Of a stretch of 64,000 bases of DNA, positions 11,060 through 23,821 are shown in pieces (the first letter of the stretch is position 1; the number at the start of each line of letters is the position of its first letter). Where the stretch lies: positions 1 to 64,000 of the forward strand of contig CBFDEM010000035.1 of the NCBI GenBank assembly GCA_965603825.1, given 5' to 3'. This stretch comes from Blepharisma stoltei ATCC 30299. Lineage: Eukaryota > Protista > Ciliophora. A program made the position numbers and the translations under genes. Below the pieces are notes generated by a model. That model worked only from the letters and a program-made list of their open reading frames with translations. It ran no database searches and was not told the DNA's origin.

Positions 11060-14000
11060 CTAAAATTTTACTTCTTCAACTGAGAGCATTGACTCATTGA
11101 TCTCTCTTTTTTGTCTACTCTTCTCCTCAACTAGAATTTTCAACGTTTCTTTCATCTCCATTACAGCCTCTCTGAGCCCTCTAACTTCTCCAACAACCTC
11201 ATTAATTTCATGCCTAGTTTCATTCTGGAATGCCTTTAAGTTTCTCTTAATCGCATGCACCCTTGTTGCCATATTTTTTTCTTTATCATCTGCTTTATCT
11301 TCCTGGCATAGATGAAAATAATGAGTCCCTTCAAGTTTTCTTCTCCAAAACAACAAAGTTTCTAGCTCGATGATCATCCCTACTAGTTCCTTCTTATCAG
11401 CAATTTCTGAAAATTCTTGGACTCTATCCAAAGTGATCGACATTATGGAAATCAATAAATTCAGCATAATAATCATATTCGACATAGTCGCCAGCACAAA
11501 GAAAAGCCACTGCATTGAATTCATATAGCTTGTATCGAAATCCCCTAAATCAATTCTATAAGAAATAGTCAAATATTTCAAATAGCTCCATCCTTCATCA
11601 TCAAGAACTGTAAAGATAAATGAAAACGCAGCTGTTGAATAAAACAAAAGGATTAGGAATGAAAACATATCTTTGACAACTTCTGTCAGCAAATTGACCA
11701 TATATCTTGTATTTTTAAACAGCCTAAAATATGCTATTCCTCTGAGCCACGACACAATGACTAGATATGCTAAAAAATCATGGGCTGTGACTGAGTCGTA
11801 GTCACACCATATAAAGATTGCATAATTAATTGTAAAATATGATCTTATCAAATCAACATAATTTCATATATCTTTGATATAGTCAAGAGGGGAAGCAAAA
11901 AATTGATATACTTCATAGAACGTTAAGAGGGTGCTGAATGATAAAAGCACAATAGTTTGCTTTTTTGCGTCAATAAAATCGAGTACATATACTGATAGCA
12001 GTAGCATAAATATTAAATAAAGAAGAGCTTGTGTGTACATCATCCATTTCAGCTTATTTCATTTATAGTCAAGTAATGACTGTATGAATTTTGTGATTAA
12101 AATTCTTGAATTTGGCGAATCTCTGATGCTGTTTAGAAAATCAATGCTATCTTTGGTACCAAAACTTAGTCCGCAAGCTATTAAAGAATGCATAAATTTT
12201 ATTGGTTTTTCTTCTTGCTTTTTGTCATTGGGACTTAAAAAGTCAGATTCAACTGGTATAGGGTCATTAGAGTGTCTAAAAATTGGGGTATTAACTGAAT
12301 CATCACAGAACTTAGTTGTTCTGTAGCCTTCATATTTTGTAAAAGCAAATCTATAAAAATTGTCTATTGTAGAGTACCCAGATTTGTTTAGCACAATAAG
12401 TGTAGAATTGCTTATACTTGAAAATGAGTAAGGATTATGAGATAAATATTTTCCCATTGAGGCAATTATCGCGTTTAGGCAGCTTTCAAAACCTTTTGAT
12501 GCCGATAATGATAAGGGGTTTTGGTTGTAGATGTTGTTAAACAATGAGGCTTGATTTGATAATGCAGCTTTAAGGTGAACAGGACGGTTAAAATATGAAT
12601 AAAGATGAAGTGTGTTAATTTTATAAGGCAAAATAATCCAATTGTCCATATCTGGATCGTAAGCTACCCTCCTATTTGAAATGATGCAACTTACATATTT
12701 CATATAGTCATAATTATTCCCATGGCCACATGCTTGAACAATATCAGATATCAGTGGATTCGACTTCATTACGATTTCGCAATTTTTATTGTGAATTTTC
12801 CCCTCGTTTATATTGGTTCTTGAATCAATATACATTAAATGTTTATTATCATCTGTCAACCTGAGATTCCATATGAAAGTTTTTGTATCGTAGAAAAATA
12901 ATCGACTATAAGTTTCCAAGCACCAAAAAGAGATTTTTCCATGATATGAGCAAGTGATCATTGAACGCTCGTCTGGGACTATATAAATATCTTTTATATT
13001 TCCACCGTTTGGATTGATTGTATTTAATAGCAATTTTTCCCTTCATTTTCATATTGTTACTATTCCATAATCGCAGCCGACAATTAAGATTGTTTCATCT
13101 TTGATAACTTTTAGTACTTCAATAACTTTATCGTGGGCTTTAAGTGCAGAAATTACTTCTTTTTCAGTTTCAAGGCCCCAAAATCTTATAATTCCAGTAG
13201 CACAGCCAGAAGAAATGATTTTTGAGTATGGCAAAAATAATATGCAATGTATATAATTGTCATGCCCTTTGAATTCTTTTTGCTTAGTCATCGTATCTAT
13301 ATCCCACAAACAAAGCTTTTGGGAATGGCCGCCAGTAGCTAAAAATTTCCCATCAGGGCTGATTTCTGCACAAATAAAGCTATCGTGCCTATCTCCGCTT
13401 AATTTGAAAATTTTCTTTTCGTTTGTAGAGGTGTTTATTTTGCATACACAGTTGCTATATAAATAAATAATGATATCTTTTTTTACTATCTTGATATTTA
13501 AAATATCAAATTTTCTATTGAAATTTTCCAATTCATCAAGTTCTTTATCGAAATCTCTATCGAAGTCTCACAATTTTAATTCTTTCTTAGTATGAATTAT
13601 AATATCTCCATTTCATGGGTTTACTTCAAATTTATGTGCTTTTTTGGTTTTTTCAACCGAGAATTCTGGATATTTAAGTACAGAAAATTTCCCATCAATA
13701 CCACATGAATAAATGCAATCATTATTTAGGCTTAATCCTAAATATCTAATTCTATCTTCATGTGCATTAATTTTTCCCTCAATTTTATTTGCTTGGATAT
13801 TTCAAAAAACTATACTAGAATTTTCTGAATAAATTAATGTTTTTTCATTGTTTGTTATAGCGACACAGCTGGCTGAATCATTAGTTTTGATTTCCGTAAT
13901 AATTTCAAAAGAGCCTATTTCGATAATTTTGATGATTTTTTTCCTGCAATTCATAGTTACTACTTTGCTTTCAGAAGCAGAAAATATTTTCACAATTGTT

Positions 14001-14677
14001 TCCTTTCTTAATTGGGCTTCCCCAATTTTAATAAAGCCTAAGTCATATATAAAGAGCTTTCCTTCTTTATTTGCAATTGCAAATTTCTTATTTGGAGACA
14101 TACATAAACTTAAATAATTTTCCCCTGTCAGCACTATTTGTCTATTTTCGAAATCAGGTGGCTCTATTTTTATCAGCTCCTTTTCTAATAAAATATAAAG
14201 TTCTTTTTTGTCAGCTGACTGTGCAATTGATTTTACGCTAGACTCAAATTTAATCTCTCCTATATTGAAATTAGGGACACTGAGCGTAAATATGGATGAA
14301 TCTCCTAAAAATAGCGAAACCTTTGCAAAAGGAAATGCTTTAACATCACTCAACCTTTCACAGATTTTTTTGTCATCAATATGTCCAGTTTTTATATCAA
14401 ATATCAAGGCATAGCCTTCATATGTGGCAGCTAAAAAATGGGTTTCATCAGGGAGCTTTTCCATAGCAACTATCCCATATGGGCAATGAAGGTAATTTGG
14501 GAGAATTTTCCCAAAGCTAGAATTTATATCAAAAATCGCAGCCTTCATAGAGTATAATTCTGGCTCAAGGGATTTCGAAAGAAAGCGAGTAAAGCTTGAA
14601 GTGATGGATGACGTGGTGTTGGATTCTTCAGGGAAAACTTTAGAGAGAAGTGGAATGTAAAGCTGTGAGTTTTCCAT
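11060..14677 (-). CDS. WD40-repeat plus TRP-like six-TM ion channel (~1205 aa)
   Basis: Four track ORFs share one frame joined only by TGA. WD40 repeats (LCLWDIDT...FKGHDNYI...IRFWG), an ankyrin-like segment, pre-S1 LLDYKW, YIKDIWNYVD, pore YRIDLGDFD, S6 IIMLNLLISIMS, C-terminal coiled coil. Confidence 0.88.
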
Positions 14678-15611
14678 ATTATTGAGATGTGGAGAATGAA
14701 ATATAAATTTTTGAAAATTTATGTATACCACAATTTTGAATTTGAATTAATAATTAATTCTGATCAAAATAAGATTTTTAAAGTTGCTTACTTATTCAGC
14801 TTGATAATTAAAATTGGATAATTTTTAAATATTAATGCTTTAATTGGATTTATTTAAAGTATTTGTCTATCAAGGTAAGTAAAATTTAATATATAATTTT
14901 CCCTAATAATCAAACAATAAAAGATCGAAGGCTTAGTAAACAAAAGAAACTATTTAATCTCTCTATTCAGTTGAGAAAATACTCGAGAAGGCTTATCAAG
15001 GAAATGCTTTATCATAGAGCAAGTCATAGCTGAATAATTAAAAATAAGCTCTTTTCATCAATAATAATACCCTAACAAAAGAAATCTAGTATGTATCGCT
15101 AAAGCTCTGTTATTATCTTTTATGAATTATAAAGATTTTTAGGATCAATAATTTTACGGTAATATAAAACTCTGGTAGATTTAATTGCTAGCTTGTTTTA
15201 AATAAAAGATATTAAAACTTAAGAGCTGAAATTATTTTGTGTTGTTATAACAGAAAAAAAAATGCATCTCTAAATTGATATGCAATAATATAAAATTAAT
15301 TTTTAATATACGAAGTTCAGGAAAAGGAAAGAATTCTTGAGGAAGAAAAAGTGAAATTAACTGACTAATTATGAGGCCATAAGGCCTGGGGTGGCTCTGC
15401 TGCTGAATTCGAGTAAAAAAATGTAATGAATGCCTCTTCATATGGAATTAAAATATTAATAATTTAATATTGTATTTTAATTGGTTTATTGATAACTCAT
15501 ATTACCATTTTACCTTTTAATTAAAGCAACCTCATATTGCCATATTTAAATTGAGTCATATTTTAAACCCTAATTCATCAAGTTATTTCTAATTAATTTA
15601 AGAATTATAAT

Positions 15612-16631
15612 ATGAAAAATCAGTGCATTTCAAATCAAAACACAATCTCAACTCAGGAAACTCAAAGAGCAACCTCATTTTCAAGCTATAAAGAAGATAC
15701 AATTATTACTAAAAGAGGGACAACTTGGTATTCTGATGAAGATTGAAATGAAAAAATTATCTGTTTGAAATCAATAAATCCTCAATTTAATGATAAAATT
15801 ATTATTGAAAAGGTTTTACACTATATTCGAAACACAAAAACTTCCGTTGAAGCATATGAAATTCGCCTTTACGAGCTCTGTAAAAGAAAGCAAGCTGAGG
15901 TTGGTAATAAACCAATTAATTGTGATACTATTGAAATTATCCATCCTCTAATGAAGCTAAAGAAAAATATAGGCTTGATGTCTGATATACAATCAGAAAA
16001 ACTAAATAAAAGCTTTAAAGAGGAATTAGAAAATAATCCAGACATTGTCACAGAATACAATATTTTAAGAAAAACTATCAAATTCTGTTCTGATTTTATA
16101 GCAAAATTCACTTTATTCAAGATTGATAATTATAATTATAGAACTTCAGGAAGATCTATGAATATAAAACCTCTTGATCTGATGGAGCTTAATAAATCCT
16201 TGTTAACAACAGAAACTATTTGACTATCGTTTGCAATAAAACATCAACCATTAAAGTTGATTGCCGATGAAGCAACTATTCAATATTCATTGATTTTACA
16301 ATCAGCATTAAATAAAGTTCTTGAATATATTTATAACCTCAATCAAGTGGATTTCAAAGCTTATCCTATATTTCCTGATCGCAGCAATAGATGGACCTGG
16401 AAAAAAAGCACTAATAGATTTCCTAATAATAAAGAGGTAAATCATTTGGAGTTTCAAAAATTAAAAATGCCATGCACACTTTTTGGTCTTTCAAGACTCT
16501 CACCTCAAGAAAATAGAGCCTTGACGCTAAAAAGCTTAATTAAAGAGGTAGAAGTTGCTTATAGAACTTTTGAGAAAGCTCTTATCCAGCGGTGTCTAAA
16601 ATTTCAATCTCCTTTAGCAATTACTGAGTAA
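15612..16631 (+). CDS. Hypothetical protein (339 aa)
   Basis: ATG 15612 is open through two TGA codons to TAA 16631 and joins track ORFs 15765 and 16257. No family recognised. Confidence 0.7.
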
Positions 16632-17286
16632 ATCTTCAATTTAATGAATTAATTGATGATTAATAAATTATGGAAAAGATTCCCAATCCAATTCTTTCTA
16701 AATACTTATAGCTGTGAGGTCAATATATGAGTTGGTACAACTTGTATTGATTTGTAAAACGTAAAAATATCTAATAGAAATGGACGAACAGAAAAAACTT
16801 AAGCAACAATTTCAAAGAAAATCTCTAATTTAATTAACTCAAAATAATGATACTGCCAGAGTTTAGTAGATCTCTCTCAAATTTCAATTGAAATAGTATA
16901 TAAAAGTAAATTAATTGTATAACTTTTCCCATCTTTGAACAAGAAAAACATGATTATATTTTCTATTTTTTTAATACCCAAAGATATTCTTCATTGAAGA
17001 TAGTTTATTTCTAAAAACTTAGTTATATTTTTCTACAGTTCAAAAACTTTATTTTAGGCAAAAAATAATTTAAATATATTGCTTCTTAGAATACTTCATT
17101 TAAGAGTAGATGTTTCATACATTTGCAAAGGGGGATATTTTCTCTCAATTTAGCAGATTGATTCATAAAAATGATCTTATAACCTATTCAAATATTTTGG
17201 AGCCTGTACTAAAAATAAAATATTTTAATCACTAACTTAATTAATAATTTAATAAATTTTTTATTGTAAAACCTTTGGCTAATGAG

Positions 17287-18640
17287 CTATTTTTTTGGAG
17301 ATTTGACGAATTTTCCCAACTTTTTATTTGATAAACCGAACTTATAGCAGCATACATATTGATCATAAAATATAGAAAAATAAACAATATCTCCAGTAAA
17401 GACCTTAGAACTATTATATGAATAAGTCATGTTGCTATAGCCGATTTTCTGGCAGATATACTCATTATCTATTTCACTCTCAAAAATAGGTCCATTCTGC
17501 TGGAGAAAATACAGTCTTGAATTTCTGGCAAATAATATCTTACTATGATGCTTGATTGCTTTTATTGAATAAATCTTTGAGCAGCTCTCAATTGATAAAT
17601 CATATTTACATAGCCTTGTATCGTTATCACCAGACAGTAAAATTCCTCTTTTGAAAATAGCACAAGAGCAGCCATGGGATGGTTTCAAAATGGGCGGGAG
17701 AGAAAATCATTTATTTTTATTTAAATTGAATTTTGCACAGTGCAGCACTCTTGCGTTGAGTAATTTATTTTCCCACCGAAAACATAGACAGCATTGTTAT
17801 AATAAATTCCTCCTGAGTGGGTGTGTGGGGTTGTATAAGGTAAAGTTCTTTGCAGATCTCCAATTTTAAGATCAAAAATATATGCACAACCAGAATTAGA
17901 AGAATAGCTGCTAAAGCAAAACAATTGAGAGTTAGGGAGTTGCACAATGCATGTTTGATGACCCATAAGATCTGGTGTAGAAAATAATTTCCATTCTTTT
18001 TGGCAAGTTTCTAAATCGAAAGTCCATATTCCTGTATAGCTATTGATGACTTCGATATTATATAAATATCTTTTATCATATCTAAGGCTGTCAATGTATT
18101 TTTTTAATGCTTCGTGAATGTCTTGATATTCCTTTAAGTATTTCTCATAATGGAATTTTATTTTTTGGCTGATAATGCAATAAAATAATATTCCTATTTT
18201 TCAGTGTTGTTTAGGCTTAGTTATGTGATGGCTTCATCTTCAAGTAATTTGCTAATGCTATCTATATTATTTATATCTGAAATTACTAAGCTTGAGATTA
18301 GGCTTTCAAAATCATCAACATCAATCAATTTGCTCAGAAATTCTGATACAAATTCATTTTTTTCAAAATTTCAATGCCACTTACCCATGCTTCTTATCAT
18401 TCTTGTTAGGTGCTCTAGCTTTGGGATCAACACCTTCAAAGAAGAATTTTTTAGGAATTTTTGCATTTTACAATAAGAAGAAAAATGATCTATAGGTATA
18501 ATTTTATTTGAAAGCTCTTCGAAATCTTCTTCAAGTATATTTTTGCAATCAAAATTATTTTGAGTAGAAAATGCTAAAATCGTTAGCCTGGACTGCTTTG
18601 TGTTTTGAATATATACTAAAATGACATGATAAGCCAACTC
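17287..18640 (-). pseudogene. Disrupted Kelch-like gene
   Basis: Kelch motifs (QLPNSQLFCF, VYVFGG, KFNLNKNKW, LYFLQQNGPIFESE) are split by a 1-nt frameshift near 17770. Upstream there are in-frame TAA and TAG plus another shift around 18185-18225. Confidence 0.75.
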
Positions 18641-18828
18641 TCATAACTCTTGTAGCTGATCCTACATCCAGTGGGGGTGTAGGACATCGAGGAGGGAGGA
18701 TGGTGTATCCAGTCAGATTTGACTTCTTTAGTGAAATGCAATGTTGGGCTAGTTGGGCGAATGCTTTTTTTTGATCAATGTTTTGCATTAGAGGAGAATG
18801 AAGCTGAAAGATGAATAGGAAGACTTTA

Positions 18829-18918
18829 TTTAGAATATCTCTCTTATTCTAATCGTTTAAATATTTTTTAACCAAAATTTTTTCTCATGAATCAACAAAG
18901 AGTACGCTTATCCCAATA
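18829..18918 (-). repeat. Diverged duplicate of the 3' end of the Kelch gene at 20199-20334, lacking 45 bp
   Basis: tattctaatcgtttaaatattttttaaccaaaattttttc|tcatgaatcaacaaag matches 20215-20315 except for the segment 20255-20299. Confidence 0.85.
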
Positions 18919-19024
18919 CATAAAATACTCCATATTTTTAGTCAGTTGTGATAAATTATCTTGCATATAATTTCTTAAAATTCAAGAAAGCCCTAAAAAT
19001 TTAAATTATGTTAAATAAATAATT

Positions 19025-19159
19025 ATGAAGACTGATATTGAAGAAATAGACCCTGCTGCTTACTTCTTAGTTGTTCTTTTCGTTGCAATATTCTTATTAT
19101 GGGGTTGGCTGCTCATAGACTGCTTTAGAAATCCCCAAAACATGGCGCCTGAAGATTAA
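19025..19159 (+). CDS. Candidate 44-aa single-pass membrane microprotein
   Basis: MKTDIEEIDPAAYFLVVLFVAIFLLWGWLLIDCFRNPQNMAPED*. AT-rich flanks, one clear hydrophobic helix; below the ORF-track length cutoff. Confidence 0.6.
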   Translation: MKTDIEEIDPAAYFLVVLFVAIFLLWGWLLIDCFRNPQNMAPED

Positions 19160-19306
19160 AATACTGGTAAATAATTTATATTTTCGAATTAATTTGCGTT
19201 TAATAGCAATTATGATTTCATTTAGCAAATAAACTTTTGAACCTTTTATATAAGAGATTTATTAGATTATGCAACGCACAGTTCATATAATAATTTAGCC
19301 CCATAT

Positions 19307-20203
19307 ATGGTGGAAGAATCTAGACTACTTCTGAAAATCGAGGAAGAATCAATAAAATTTAGCTCAATTGTTGATATCCCTCTTAATCTATGTTCATTAT
19401 CCGAAGATTCAAAAGAGTTTCTTGTCTATAATGTAGAAAGCAATAAAATTTGTGCAAAAATTCCAAATCCCATACCTTTTGAGCTAAAATTCAAAGGATT
19501 TATGTGCAAACTAAGTGGATCTCAGCATTTTTACTATGGTGGTTGCCTAAAAGATGATACACCCGTTGGATTTTGTCTTCTTATAGATATAAAAACACTT
19601 TCAGTTGAATTTTTAAATCCTGGACTGCCAAGATATTGAGCCAGCCCGATTTATTATGAAAATTTTGTCTATGTGTTTGGTGGCTCTACAGCAAAAAGAA
19701 GCGATCAAGTCATAAGCAGCAAATTTAATTTGAGAAAAAACAAGTGGAAAAGGATAGCTGATTTACCGAGCAAGGCAGAGCAAACATCAACAGTCGTCTA
19801 CGAAAATAAAATTTTGATCTCAGGACGCAAGCTTGGCTATGTATGAAAATATGACCCTGAAGAAAATTCATATGAAAGACTTTTAAAGACTAATAAAAAC
19901 CCTTGGAAAATGTTTTTTGTATTGAATAGCAGGTGCTATTTGGTAACAACTGAGCGAGTTTGCTATCGTTCAGAAGCGAATGATTGGAGGCATTGGCAAT
20001 TCTATGGAAAAATAAAAGGTTGCTGTTGGCCGCTTTCGAATGTCTGCTATTATAATAAAAATTTTTTATATTTTGACCAGCATGCGAGATTATGACAAGT
20101 TGATATAAAGAAATTAGAGATTGAAAAAATAGCAACAGCATCAGAAATTCATTTTTTGAAAAGCAATTTGGATCAAATTAATAGAAGGTGGATATTTTTT
20201 TAG
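19307..20203 (+). CDS. Kelch-like beta-propeller protein (298 aa)
   Basis: One frame through three TGA codons. HFYYGG, VYVFGG, KFNLRKNKWKRIADLP, ILISG; ends TAG 20201-20203. Confidence 0.85.
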
Positions 20204-20218
20204 AATGTTTCTTTTATT

Positions 20219-20997
20219 CTAATCGTTTAAATATTTTTTAGCCAAAATTTTTTCTTCCAAATCAAATATGTATATTTCACCATTCCTGAACCTAAAATAT
20301 CATGAATCAACAAAGAATATGCTTATCCCAGTATAATTGCAATTAATAAATTTGGGTGCTGTATAGCTAACAAAGCTTCAATGAAAAGGATTTCTTTTAT
20401 CACTTTCATAAATTTTTCCTTGACTTTCGATAAGATAAGCCTTTTCATCCCAATGGCAGAGTAGCTTGTCAAACTGTGTGCATTGATAACGACTATGTGG
20501 GAATTTAAATAAACATCATATAAATACACTCGATTTGAATTGCCTGAATATAAAATTTTTCCACAAAATTCAATGCAAACACAATTTATCATAGGTGTTA
20601 CCAGCATAGCTAGTTTTGATCAATTATTTCTTAATATAGAAAACTTTTCACATAAAGGTAAGATTCCGTTATTATTATTTCCTCCAAATAGATAAACATA
20701 GCCATTGAGATAAACTGACCCAGAGTTTAAGCAGGCAGTTCCTTCTTTCATTACTTTTGCTTGGTCGTCTTCAATTATCACAGTTTTCCCAACATAAACT
20801 CGCCCTTCTGAATTTCCAAAACAAAAAATTTTGTTTGGTGGAATGAAGCATGTCGATGTTCTTAAGAAACTCTGTTGAGGGTTAAACTTTATAAGAGCTG
20901 CTGCATGCAAATCAATTACGCTGGTCACGCTAACAGATGAATCGTAAGGATTTAGAGATAAAATCGTATCAGAGCTGATAGGAGGGTTATAAGTCAT
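20219..20997 (-). pseudogene. Kelch-like gene with one frameshift near 20475 (pseudogene or sequence error)
   Basis: IFCFGN, VYLFGG and EKFSILRNNW are in one frame. The family-typical KAYLIESQGKIYES...YIFDLEEK continues in a shifted frame to TAG 20219-20221. Confidence 0.65.
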
Positions 20998-21021
20998 TTA
21001 CAAATAAATTAATAGCATTAA

Positions 21022-22536
21022 TTAAGCTGCTGTTTTTACATTTGATTTATCTCTGCTAGAGTTTTCTCTTTCCATTTTAAAAATCATTTCGGCTTCAACT
21101 TTAATTTGAGGAATCTGTGAGTCTACAGCTTTTAATTTTCGTAAATATTCTTCAGCTTCCTTATGCTTTCCAAAAATTTTCTGTTTGAATTGCTCGAATT
21201 TTTGGTTGACTTTTTCTATGTTTTCTTCTTGATCTCTTTTGCGTAAGTGATTTTTCTCTGTGAGCATGGCACTTCTCTTGGCTCTAGCATCCTTAGCTTC
21301 TTTTGCAGCTTTTTGCCGTTTTTGATCTTTATGCTCTAAATAGTTTTCCCTGGCTTTGTAATATTCGTCAAGCTTTTTCTGCTCTTCAAACAGTTTTTCT
21401 TCTCAAAATTGTTTATTCTTGACTTTTTTATTTGCTTCTTTTTCAATGATTTCTGATTTTCTTTTCTAGCTATAAATTACCAAAGATTCTTCAATATTTT
21501 TATGCAGTTTTTGCAATTTTTGATCCAATCTTTCCATCTCTTGCAATTGTAAACTTTTTCGATACTCAGAGACTTTATTTACAGATAAGCTTCTCATATA
21601 GCTTGACGCAGCTTTTTCAACCTGAAAACGGGTTGCAAGCCTTGTCGAGTTTTCCATTTTGTCAGTATATTTTTTAAGCTGCTCATCTACTGCATCATCA
21701 TTGTATCTACTTTCTATAATCACACTTCTCCTTACTGGACTCAGCCCTCTTTCCCTAGATGCAATTTGGCTTCTACTCAAAACTGCAGAAGCACTAAAAG
21801 TGTCTAATTTACTAAAAGACTGGTTATTTGACAACGCCTCTTTTTCATATTTTTCATATTCCTGGTGCCTTTTCATCAAAATTCCTTTCCTCTTTTCCTC
21901 AATTTTCATAATTTTTGTCATCCTCAGCTCATCATGAATTTTTTTATCCATTTCGATTTTCTGAGCCTTTGCCACCTCTTTTAACGTCACTTGCTTAATT
22001 TTTTCTTCACTTTTTTGCCTGATAAACTTTTGGTTTTCTTTGACTTGGAGTTTTCGAAAAACATCATGTTTAGCCATATCGAATTTTCTTTTGGCCACTT
22101 CTTCTAGAGAAATTGGGACATAAAGCGGTAGCTCTGGCTCATTGGTTTTGCTGTGTCTTGATTTTTGGTTGGTAGGAGGACAAGCTGTATGCTGAAAAAT
22201 ATCTAACTGACTACTGTGGCTGGAACTTGTCTCTACATGATTAGAATGCTCATGCAAAAGGTCTTTTTCTGCGATATAAGAAGCGACCACTTTTATTTTT
22301 GCCTTTCGGCGGTTTTCGAAGTGGTTGTAGCGGATTTTTTGGCACTCGGAAATAGTGTTATTATCATTAAATTCTCGATAACTTTTTGGGTAAAGCTCGT
22401 CTGGAGAAATTTGAAGGAATTCACAGGCTTGTGATATTGAGGGGTGGCTGAAATTGTGGATTCTCATGAAATTGATAGCTTTGTCTATTTCAGTTTGAAA
22501 CTTGGCTAAATAAGGGCTTTTGTTGAGGTTATCCAT
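21022..22536 (-). CDS. Hypothetical coiled-coil protein; one intron (21466-21480)
   Basis: Removing GTAATTTATAGCTAG joins ORF 21466-22536 through one TGA to ORF 21022-21267. Confidence 0.8.
21466..21480 (-). other. 15-nt spliceosomal intron GTAATTTATAGCTAG
   Basis: GTA..TAG, A at position 10; removal deletes an in-frame TAG. Confidence 0.8.
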
Positions 22537-22657
22537 TTTATGTTACAGTTCTCTAAAAAACTAAGAAAAGTCGCATTATGTGTATTATTGTTCTTCTATA
22601 TTTTGGTTTTAGTATGGATTAATAAAATTGGCGGGGTATTAATATATAAAAATAAAG

Positions 22658-23683
22658 ATGAACGTTTTAGATAATTGTGACTTACTAGGTGGTATCTTAT
22701 CTTACTTAAATCCTTTCGAGCTGATTTCTCTGCAAACTGTAAGCAAGACTTTTAATCATGTGTCCAGAACTCACTGGGAGATAGAGAAATCTTTCACGAA
22801 TATGATTTCAGAGTTGTTCTGGACTAAAGATCAGATTGAAAATCCAGCAATAAAAATAATGACAGGATTGTTTAACACAATAAAATGAGGAGAACGCTTA
22901 ATCTTTAATATCCAGCTTTGCAAAGTTTGCAGCAGGATATGTGGTTTAGGTTTTACCGACTGAGTCATTGGTAAAATGCATCAATCAACCCCGAACGGAA
23001 TTATTACTCATAAACAATGGCAACTAACTTCAATTGTTGCTGATGGGGTTCCCTTTATTCTGCTCATAGCAAACCCAGGTGGCCACAAATGTAGAAATAT
23101 GAAATGGGATGAAAGCTTGCCAAATAGCACAACAAATTGTGAATGATTTGCACAATTTCCAAGAAAGGCTAAACTAAAATCCAGACTGCATCCATTTATT
23201 TGGCAAGTAGCAGAATGTGAAAGGAGTTATAATAGCAAATTTGAGAATTGCTTTAAGGTCAGCTCAAACATTTTTGAAAACCGAATTTGTGTAGGAGCAT
23301 ATTGCGAATTCATTTTTCCTGAATATTGCAACCTTATTTCAGTGGTTCCGATATTCAAAGATACCTGCAAAGAGCTTAGTGAAAAGTATAATGAGCTCTA
23401 TTACTTCAAAGGAAAAAGGAAAATTGTTCAAATGATGATTGAGCTAGCACAAAGATTGCATCATCTTGGAGTTATCGAGTATGTAACAGTCAGTCATAAG
23501 AAGGTAGATTTAGATACAAGGGAAAATATCGAGTATTTCTATGCTGTAGACTATCTCAAAGTGTATGCATTGGGGATTCCAGAAAAATATACAATAAAAA
23601 ATTATCCAAGGAGAGCTCCATCAAATTTATCTGCACCAGTAAATAGCTTGCTTATTGAAGCAAGACAATTAAATGCAATTTAA
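22658..23683 (+). CDS. F-box-like protein with CxxC...HxC motif, paralog 2 (341 aa)
   Basis: LLGGILSYLNPFELISLQTVSKTF; CKVC...HKC; single frame through three TGA codons to TAA. Confidence 0.8.
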
Positions 23684-23821
23684 TGCAATAATCATTATTT
23701 CATTTAAATATCCCTTTTAATAAGTAAAATACTCAATATATTAGTCACATTTATTTTATATAAATTATAGGCTTGCCGCCCAATTTATTTTATATTATGG
23801 GGCTTATTATCAATACAAATC

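Noticed and set aside
15070-15077. Single internal CCCTAACA unit
   Set aside because: About one such 8-mer is expected by chance in 61 kb, and there are no tandem copies.
20255-20299. 45-bp segment as a retained IES
   Set aside because: It is not TA-bounded and encodes family-like Kelch sequence, so deletion in the relic copy explains it better.
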